DNA of 64,000 nt. Origin: Blastocladiella emersonii ATCC 22665 (Eukaryota; Fungi; Blastocladiomycota). The DNA lies in NCBI GenBank assembly GCA_025594325.1, contig JANHCV010000014.1, forward strand, positions 992,001-1,056,000. The letters run 5' to 3'. The notes beneath the pieces are model-generated. The model did not search any database. It was not told the DNA's origin and saw nothing but the letters and a program-made list of their open reading frames with translations. The position numbers and the translations under genes were made by a program. Numbering within the stretch: position 1 is the stretch's first letter; each line of letters starts with the position of its first letter. Positions 48,485-56,150 of this stretch are shown here, piece by piece.

Positions 48485-49282
48485 CTACTGCTTCACAATC
48501 CACTCGCTGAAGCTGTCTACGAGCCGGTACTTGGGCGGGTTCTGGTTGTTGACGCCCAGGAAGCGTCGCTTCGTGTTGCCAGTACGCGTGTCAAAGAGCT
48601 GTTCAATGATGGCCTCAAACTCCTTGAGGTCGAACTGCGACCCAATCTCCTTGTGCAGCGTCTGGACCTCGGTCTTGTCATAGATTGGGTAGACGACGCT
48701 GTAGCTGCAATTGATGCGCAGAGTCTTGGGCAGGGCACACCACCGCTGGACGCCAATGATGCAGCTGATCTTCAAGTGCCACGAGTTGCACAGAAAGTTG
48801 GTCAGCGTTCTGTGGCTCAGCAGCTTGAGCCCAAGCACGTTGTCAATGATCAGCAGCTGGTCCTGGAGCGCCTTCTTGCCAGACTCTTTGAATGTCTTGG
48901 TCAGGTCCTGGCGCATCTTGAGCAGGGTCGGGATGAACTGCTTGGGGTCCGTGACAATGCACCCTGGCTTGATCTTGAGCCGGTCCGGGTCGCGCTCCTG
49001 GGGGTCCAGCACGTTGCGCTCCTTCTTGGGCGGTTACAGGATTGGTTGACTGGCAATGTACTCGTACTTGTCGTTGGCGTGGAACGTCGGGTTAAAGACC
49101 CAGACGTTGTCGAACTGGCCCTTGTAAAAGTGCGGGAAGCAGACCATGTTCGCAATCAGCGTTGACTTGCCCTGACCCTTGGCACCAATGACGTTCATGG
49201 TGAACGGGTGCTTGGGGATTGGCAGCGGCTCGCCGTTGTCATTGCGCGTAAAGCCGTTGTCAATGGCAACAATGTTGTACAT
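48485..49282 (-). pseudogene. A32/FtsK-type packaging ATPase with an in-frame TAA at 49034-49036
   Basis: Walker A GAKGQGKS; Walker B region LLIIDN; NSWH..ISCIIGVQ..LPKTLRIN. The two track ORFs are in the same frame on either side of the stop. Confidence 0.88.
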
Positions 49283-49308
49283 TTAAAGACTGCCAACAAA
49301 AAAGGGCG

Positions 49309-51024
49309 TCAGTCCCAGCCGAGGTCAAAGACAATGCCGCTGCGCTTTGGGGTCTTGCGGACCTGCTTGACAGGCCGCTCAGGGATCTTCTGGTGACGCT
49401 GGATCTTGGGCGCTGTCAGCCCGCTACCCGCTGCCCGCTTGTCTGTGAACAGCTTCGCGTCGGTCGGCTTCTTGTAGCCCAGTTGCTTGAGGATCTGTTC
49501 AAGGAGCATGTCGGTCTTCTTAGAACTACCGCCAGAATTGTTTTGCGCGGCCAGCTCCCTGATCATGGCCTCGAGGCCGCTTGTGTCGGCAGGTTGGACA
49601 ATGACTTGGGGTGCAGGGATCGTGTCCAGCTTGGACCCAAGGTCTTGGAGCGTCTTGGTCATGGCCTCGTTGCTCTGGGTCTGCCCTTGGATCGCGCCCT
49701 GGACGCCGCTTGCAAGCTGGTTCATGAGCACCTGCTGGTTGCTGAGCGCAGAGGACATGCCCGTGGCAATCTCAGACACAAGCGCGCGGTTGCCAGCGTC
49801 AATCTGGCGGACAAAGTCGTTGCGTTTGGCTCGGAGCGTGTCCACGATCCCAGACGCGAGGTTGGCAAATGCGTCCATGGCCAGTCCCTGAGCGGCCACC
49901 GACTGCTTGATGAGCGCCTGGTACGCCTGGTACTGCATGACCTGGGACCCGGCAAACTGCGAGGCAATGAGCTTGAGCGCGGCCATGACGTTCGGGTCAT
50001 TGTTGTACTGGACCAGGATTTGCTGTCGCATGTCCACGTTCTGCTCGTAGTAGTTGTTCTCGTACTGGGTGATGAACTGCCGCATGTCAACGTTCTGCGT
50101 GTTCTGCTGCGTGTAGCTGTTGTACACGAACTGGTTAAACTGTTGAAAGTTCTGGACAACGTCAACCTCCATGTCGTCCGTGGTTGTCAGCGCCCGCTCA
50201 GGGTTGTAGACCTGCAAGTCCTTGGAGCCCTCGATCATGCGTGCCTCGTCCATGGCTGGGTGGACGTGACCCTCATTGTACACGCCTTGCCACTGTGCCA
50301 CGTCCGGGCCGTAGCTTGGTGGCATGACCACAAGGTCGTGGGTGCCGTCGTCAAGCCTTGGGGGCGGGTTGTTGCCGCCGTCATTGTCATTCTGGATCAG
50401 GTACTGGCCGGGGATCATGGCGCCGTACTTGTCAATGTCTTGACCAACATAGTCGCCGGCCTCGACCGGGTACTGCTCGGGCATGACTGGCCAGACGGGC
50501 ACGGGGAGCAAGTGGTCCGGTACAGCGTCCTTGTCAATGACGTCCAGGGCTTGTGAGATCTCTTCTGCCAGCTCGTCGCGTTCCTCTTCGCTGCTGCCCC
50601 TGTCGATGTCTGTGGCCGACTTGGGGGCCTCTGGTCTGGGGCTTGCTGCTGGTGGAGCAACTGGGACTCGAGTGACCTTGCCCGTTGCCTGGTGCTCTTC
50701 CCACGCTTTAAGCGTGTCTTGGACGTGCTCCTGGAGGTCCTTGACCTCGTACCCAGTGACGCCGTCCTGGTGCCTGAGGTAGAACAGCGAGTTGCCTCGT
50801 TTGCGGCCAAAGTTGTTGGCATAGCTCTCGGGCGTCACCTTGTAGTCAAAGGCAAGGATGTAAGGCACCCAGACGTCGAGGAGCTCTTTGGCATTGGGGA
50901 ACGTGTACTTGCGGCCGTCAATGGTTGCCTTGATCTTCTGCCCTGCAAGGCGCTCAGCCGTGATGCGCCCGCCGGTTGCCTTGGTCACTCTTGCAAGTAG
51001 ATCTGGTACTGTTCTTTGGCCCAT
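49309..51024 (-). CDS. PLV hypothetical protein (571 aa from the likely ATG at 51024) with a Q/N-rich segment and helical C-half
   Basis: cagtaaccatcATG start context; two QNVDMRQ repeats. Confidence 0.65.
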   Translation of the reverse strand: MGQRTVPDLLARVTKATGGRITAERLAGQKIKATIDGRKYTFPNAKELLDVWVPYILAFDYKVTPESYANNFGRKRGNSLFYLRHQDGVTGYEVKDLQEHVQDTLKAWEEHQATGKVTRVPVAPPAASPRPEAPKSATDIDRGSSEEERDELAEEISQALDVIDKDAVPDHLLPVPVWPVMPEQYPVEAGDYVGQDIDKYGAMIPGQYLIQNDNDGGNNPPPRLDDGTHDLVVMPPSYGPDVAQWQGVYNEGHVHPAMDEARMIEGSKDLQVYNPERALTTTDDMEVDVVQNFQQFNQFVYNSYTQQNTQNVDMRQFITQYENNYYEQNVDMRQQILVQYNNDPNVMAALKLIASQFAGSQVMQYQAYQALIKQSVAAQGLAMDAFANLASGIVDTLRAKRNDFVRQIDAGNRALVSEIATGMSSALSNQQVLMNQLASGVQGAIQGQTQSNEAMTKTLQDLGSKLDTIPAPQVIVQPADTSGLEAMIRELAAQNNSGGSSKKTDMLLEQILKQLGYKKPTDAKLFTDKRAAGSGLTAPKIQRHQKIPERPVKQVRKTPKRSGIVFDLGWD

Positions 51025-51136
51025 GATGGTTACTGTATGGACCAAAAATAAAACGTCCCCATGTCGGTACCTTTTGCCCCGTGCATCTTGCACCATTGGG
51101 CGTACCTTTTTCCCCGTGGCAGGTGCCTTTTGTCCC

Positions 51137-51391
51137 TCAGACGGTGGTGCTATTTGCCCCCTGGTCCCGGCGCTTGGCGTTGAGTGCCTTGTAGATCCAG
51201 ATCTTGACCCGCTCTGCCCGCGCTGCCTCGTTGTCAACGTGCGTGTACCAGTTGGCCTTGCAGTCGCGCTTCCGTAGCCACTTGGCCTTGTCCTTGTCGC
51301 TCTTGTTGTACCAGCTGCTTGGAACGGGCATGGTCCCGGCGAGGTGCTCCCGCCACTTGTCCAGGCTCAGGTCATGGTCGCTGGAAATCAT
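51137..51391 (-). CDS. PLV basic hypothetical protein (84 aa)
   Basis: ATG with a cttaa motif upstream; K/W-rich. Confidence 0.5.
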   Translation of the reverse strand: MISSDHDLSLDKWREHLAGTMPVPSSWYNKSDKDKAKWLRKRDCKANWYTHVDNEAARAERVKIWIYKALNAKRRDQGANSTTV

Positions 51392-51411
51392 TCTGTTGCT
51401 TAAGGTTAAAC

Positions 51412-53355
51412 ATGGTCAAGAATATCTTTAACGTCTCAAGTACTGCGTCTCCGACCGTGTCTACCACGGGGGTCCCGGACGTGTCCAAGGCCTACGTTGA
51501 CGCGGCCATCAGTGCCGTGTACGCCACGGTCGGCGCACCTGTTGCTGGCCCTGGCGTGGCAGTCTCAGGGACCACTGTCTCGACCAAGGTCGACAACCAG
51601 ACCCTTGGCGTGGGCGCAGCTGGGCTCTATGTCAAGTCGGTTGGCACGGTACAGCTGCTCCCAGCCAGCGTCACGGCCAACAAGGTCGCCACGATTACAG
51701 CAGGGCAGGTCACAGGCAAGCTCGTCGATGCTCAGCTGGACACTGTGTCTGCGTCCAAGGTCGTGGGCGTGCTCAGTGCGTCCAACCTCCCAGCCGTCGG
51801 AACCTCGGTCCTGGCAGACGGCTCAGTGACAGATGCCAAGGTTGCGTCCGTGTCCGGGTCCAAGCTCGTGGCAGGCACAGTCGGGACCTCGGTCCTGGCA
51901 GACGGCTCAGTGACTGATGCCAAGGTCGCGTCCGTGTCTGGGTCCAAGCTTGTGGCAGGCACAGTCGGCACGGCGGCTCTCATTGACCTGGCAGTCACAG
52001 ATGCCAAGGTCGCGTCCGTGTCTGGGTCCAAGCTCGTTGCAGGGACTATTGGGACGGGAGCCCTGGCAGACGGTGCCGTATTGAACGCCAAACTGGCAGC
52101 TGGCATCGACGGGTCCAAGCTGGCAGCAGGCACGGTTGGCACCTCGGTCCTGGCAGACGCGGCCGTGACCAACGCCAAGCTGGCAACTGGCATTGACGGG
52201 GCCAAGCTCAACGTTGGGTCCATTGGATCTTCCCACCTGGCAGCAGGTGCAGTCACGGACGCCAAGGTTACAGACGTGTCAGCAGTCAAGCTCACTGGGA
52301 TCCTTGACCCTGCCCGCATTGCAGACGGGACCCTGACCAACGCCAAGCTGGCATCCGGCATTGACTCAGCCAAGCTCGCAGGGACCATTGACCTGGCACA
52401 ACTCCCCGACGTCTCGGCCAAGGTCACAGCGGTGAGCGCAGCCTCGGTCGCTGGCACGCTCCCCCAGTCCACCCTTGGGCTTGGCGCTGCCTTTGCCTTT
52501 GCAAGTACGACGGACAGTTTGACATCAAGCACTGGAGCAGTCACCATTGCTGGTGGTCTTGGAGTTGGCAAGCAACTGACTGTGCCCAACGTCCTGGTCC
52601 AGAATGCCACAAGCGCAAACCTTGTCTTTGACTTGGCTGCCAATACATTGACGTACGTCGACTTTAAGCAGGCAGGCGTACTGCGAAGCAACCTGGCATG
52701 CACAGCGGCGGGTAACATTGAGATTGCGTCTGCAACCACGGGTGGGGTCTCCCTTGTGGCAGGTGGCGGCAACGTGGTTGTGGGCTCGGCGACGCTTGGC
52801 ACAGAAAAGCTCCGCGTCAATGGCACTGGTCGCTTCACAGGGCAGCTCACCCTTGACCTCACTCCAGTGGCAGGCACCGACGCGGCAAACAAGGCGTACG
52901 TTGACTTGCAGTCTGGCATGACCTGGTATGTCGCTCAGGCCAAGCACCGCTCTACAAACGGAGTGACCACGGGCAGCAAGATCATTGGCGGCACAGCATT
53001 GACGGGCCCGGCCACCTTTGCGTTCCAGTCCACGGCAGGCGCGTTCACGTCTGTGATCAATGGATGTGTCAAACCCCCTGTCAGTGGCTACTACCTCGTC
53101 CATGCAAAGGGCTACTACGCAAACGGCGCGCTCCCTGGAGCCCACACTGTGAACTTTGCGCTGTACAATATGACGGACATGATTGCAGTGTCGCTTGTCA
53201 CTGGGTGCCGCGCTGAAGGCAACGTCCAGTTCCTTCAGTTCTCGAGCATTGAGTACCTTGACGCGGCCAAGAGCTACTCTTTCATCTGGATCCCATTGGT
53301 CGCAATTGCCAACAACTGCCAGGTCATCATTCAAAGCTACTGGACCCTGCTCTAA
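51412..53355 (+). CDS. Fibre/spike-like protein (647 aa) with tandem shaft repeats and a C1q/TNF-like head
   Basis: gttaaacATG; two KAYVD motifs; 28-aa GTSVLADGSVTDAKVASVSGSKLVAGTV repeats (84-bp DNA repeats at about 51799-52050); C-terminal PVSGYYLV. Confidence 0.7.
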   Translation: MVKNIFNVSSTASPTVSTTGVPDVSKAYVDAAISAVYATVGAPVAGPGVAVSGTTVSTKVDNQTLGVGAAGLYVKSVGTVQLLPASVTANKVATITAGQVTGKLVDAQLDTVSASKVVGVLSASNLPAVGTSVLADGSVTDAKVASVSGSKLVAGTVGTSVLADGSVTDAKVASVSGSKLVAGTVGTAALIDLAVTDAKVASVSGSKLVAGTIGTGALADGAVLNAKLAAGIDGSKLAAGTVGTSVLADAAVTNAKLATGIDGAKLNVGSIGSSHLAAGAVTDAKVTDVSAVKLTGILDPARIADGTLTNAKLASGIDSAKLAGTIDLAQLPDVSAKVTAVSAASVAGTLPQSTLGLGAAFAFASTTDSLTSSTGAVTIAGGLGVGKQLTVPNVLVQNATSANLVFDLAANTLTYVDFKQAGVLRSNLACTAAGNIEIASATTGGVSLVAGGGNVVVGSATLGTEKLRVNGTGRFTGQLTLDLTPVAGTDAANKAYVDLQSGMTWYVAQAKHRSTNGVTTGSKIIGGTALTGPATFAFQSTAGAFTSVINGCVKPPVSGYYLVHAKGYYANGALPGAHTVNFALYNMTDMIAVSLVTGCRAEGNVQFLQFSSIEYLDAAKSYSFIWIPLVAIANNCQVIIQSYWTLL

Positions 53356-54464
53356 AGCCCAAGGTCCCACTTTTCTTGGACTTGGACTGGGACGCGCCTG
53401 ACCCGGGTCGAGGGCTCCCTTGGCGTGACTGGGGTATGCGCAACAGGGAGCCTTGGAAGACCTGGACCTACGCGCTGCCTTGTTGGCGGGTCCTGGGTCG
53501 CTGTGACTGGCTGGACGTCGCTGCGTGGATAGAAGCCCTTGAGGCCTTGGACCTTGTAGCTTGGATTGCTCACGCCTGACCCCTTGCGCACGACCTGGAC
53601 CTGGCTCACAGTTGTCAACCAGACCGGCTTCCCCTTGGCCTCCATGGCAGTCTTGTACGGCTCGCGGACTTGGACCTGGGTCCCTACCTTCAACAATGCG
53701 CTCAGAGGGTCGCCCTCAGGCTTGCCCTTGGCAGCTCGGATCTCCTTGAGCTCTTGCTTGGCCGTTTCGCGGGGCATGTCATGGAACGCGTTGGGTGCCT
53801 TGCTTGTGGCCCTCGACTTGCTGCTGTTGATCACAGATTCAATGGTCTCGAGGTGCTTGGGCCAGTTGTTGTTGCCCGGGATGGACAGCCACGGTGTGAG
53901 CATCCGGCGGATGGTCCCGTTCATACGCTCAACGACACCTTGACCGTATGGCACTCCTGCCTTACCCTTGATGTGCTTGGCCTTGGTCCCGGCCTCTATG
54001 CCAAAGAACTCGGTCCCATTGTCTGTCTGGATCGTGGCAGGTGCAAGGCTGTGCTTGGCGACCACGCTGGACCATGCTTCCCGCGTCTTGTCCTTGGTCT
54101 TGATGGGTTGGAGGTAGACGCGGCGGCTTGCCAGGTCGACACACGTGAGAATGTAACGGAAGCCCTTGTACGTACCGTTTTCGCCCATGTCAATGAGGTC
54201 GAGCTGAAAGTTGCGGCCAGGACTTGTTGAGTTGATGCTTCGAATGTCTCGGCGCTTCTGAGGTGCGCGTTTGTACTGCTGCCACACAGACTGTTCACCG
54301 AGCCATCTCTCAAGCTGGGCGCGGTAGATGTGCTTCCCTGTGTGCTCTTGGTCAACAATGTCAAAGAGACGCCGGACCCCAACCCCAACATGGCCACGTT
54401 TGTAGTACAAGTCTGTCAGGAATGCTTGCTGTGCGTCTGTGAGCGGCTCTTTGTGGGCATACAT
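53352..54464 (-). CDS. rve (retroviral-like, Polinton-type) DDE integrase, 370 aa
   Basis: QLDLIDM, YILTCVDLASR, QTDNGTEF and GVVERMNGTIR motifs, plus an SH3-like tail KVGTQVQV..YKVQGLKGFY. Confidence 0.93.
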   Translation of the reverse strand: MYAHKEPLTDAQQAFLTDLYYKRGHVGVGVRRLFDIVDQEHTGKHIYRAQLERWLGEQSVWQQYKRAPQKRRDIRSINSTSPGRNFQLDLIDMGENGTYKGFRYILTCVDLASRRVYLQPIKTKDKTREAWSSVVAKHSLAPATIQTDNGTEFFGIEAGTKAKHIKGKAGVPYGQGVVERMNGTIRRMLTPWLSIPGNNNWPKHLETIESVINSSKSRATSKAPNAFHDMPRETAKQELKEIRAAKGKPEGDPLSALLKVGTQVQVREPYKTAMEAKGKPVWLTTVSQVQVVRKGSGVSNPSYKVQGLKGFYPRSDVQPVTATQDPPTRQRVGPGLPRLPVAHTPVTPREPSTRVRRVPVQVQEKWDLGL

Positions 54465-54492
54465 TGTATTAACAAAGGCGGAGACAAAAGGA

Positions 54493-55643
54493 TTACTGAG
54501 GCGTCATGTAGTAGGTCAAGGCAACAGGGACGCTGTGACCCATCTTGTGTGCGCAGTCAGCAATAGCTTGCTGTGCGGCAAAGTTCTCACTGGTCAAGAT
54601 ACGGCGGATCACTGCCACGCCGCCATCCTCAAAGCCAACTGTCTCTGCAGCCTGGTGAATTGACTTGCACCAGGTGTTGCTAACCCTCTTGCAGAGCATG
54701 GTGTCCTTGAGCTCCTTGCGGGTGTAGTTGTTGAAGACAAAGTCATGGCCTTTGGCGAGACGCTGGGCAATGATACGCTTGAGAGCGGTGGCGACCTTGG
54801 GCTCACTAACTGTGTGCGAGAAGTTGTAGCCACAGCCCTCTGTCTTGACAATGACATCGCCGGCCAGAATCTGGGTCTCTGGGTTGTAGTACGGGTACCC
54901 AGTGATTGGCTTTGTGGTCAGGAACGCAGGGTCGCTGCGCACTGCACTCACAACTTGGAGGTACAGACGCAGAAGCCCCGTGCCCGAGTCCCAGCCCTTT
55001 GCATCAACAATAGCAGTGCGAATGGCGTCACAGCTCGGGAGCGCACCAGACTCGAGTTCCTTGCGCATGTCGCGGAAGTTGGCAGCGTCCTGCTTCTTGG
55101 CCTCTGTGTACTTGGCCCTGAGTTCAGGCTGACCATTCCAGGTGCAGTACTTGGCCAGGGCCTTGAGCGTCTCAACCTGCAGCCCCTGCTTGCCCTTGGA
55201 CGCGCGGTACGCTGCCACAGCTTTGGACACGGCATCAACGTCTTCAATGTCCATGCCCGACTTGGCAAAGGCACAGAGCACACGGGATGTCTTGGCCTTG
55301 TCCGTGTCGCTCAGCTCAACCAGTTCCCCGTGCTTGTTCTGAACACGCGCGTTGACGCACGCCGCAATGGATTCCTTGGTCATCTGCGCGTACTTGACCT
55401 GGGGGTCAGTGTCCATGGGCTCGCCAGACTTGTCGATGGGGGTGTGATTGGGACAGTGATTGCAGTTACGTGACACTGCAGCCAGCGCGGTGAGGCTGGT
55501 CTCAACTCCCTTGAGCCGCTTGTCAAAGGATGCCAGCATGCCAGCAGCGGCTTGATACCATCGAGCACTTGGTGCACTACATTGGCGGCAAAGTGCTGAG
55601 CAAGGGCAATGGCGACCTGGGAGGCAAGAGAGTCAAGCGCCAT
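54493..55643 (-). pseudogene. Tyrosine recombinase-family protein (380 aa restored), frameshifted by an 8-bp duplication
   Basis: VSAVRSD (R), IVKT (K), VAVIRR (R, no His), MGHSVPVALTYY (H..Y). TGCCAGCA is duplicated at 55531-55546. Confidence 0.7.
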
Positions 55644-55764
55644 GGTTTACTGACTGTCAACAAAAAGGCTCCATGGGCTCAAGTGCGTTTGAACGCAACG
55701 TTCTTTTTTCTGGGTAGCTGGGCCTGGGTCAGGGTCAGGGTGGTGGCAAGTCATGGACCGTGGG

Positions 55765-56030
55765 AGGGCCCAGGTCACGGTTTGAGAGGTTTGTGACCTC
55801 GGACCCTACTGGCTCCCAAGTCGGGAGCATGGGGGGTCCGTGACTTTGCCCTCAGTCGCTGCCCAGGTCACGGTTCAAGGATCGTGACCTGAGACGCGAT
55901 TGGCTCCCAAGTTGGGAGCATGGGGGAGGTCGTGTCTGGGTCAGGGTCAGGTCACGCAAGGGCAGCTGGGTCAGGGTCAGGGTCAGGTCACGCAAGGGCA
56001 GCTGGGTCAGGGTCAGGGTCAGGTCACGGC
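55765..56030. promoter_or_regulatory. Hairpin- and repeat-rich intergenic control region between the recombinase and helicase genes
   Basis: Twice-repeated AGGTCAC..GTGACCT and GCTCCCAAGTYGGGAGC palindromes, followed by (GGGTCA)n arrays. Confidence 0.55.
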
Positions 56031-56150
56031 CAGCAGCAATAGCGATAATCGCGGCACTTCAAGTACACGGCCCTGCCCCTGCTCCCAGACTGCGTTTTTC
56101 CGCATCAAAGTACAATGCTTTTTTCTGTGCTCAACAGTAACTACTCGGCC

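Noticed and set aside
51025-51237. N-terminal 71-aa extension of the 642-aa ORF (likewise the 31-aa extension of the fibre ORF)
   Set aside because: They overlap the 84-aa ORF, and the downstream ATGs (51024, 51412) carry the shared viral start motif.
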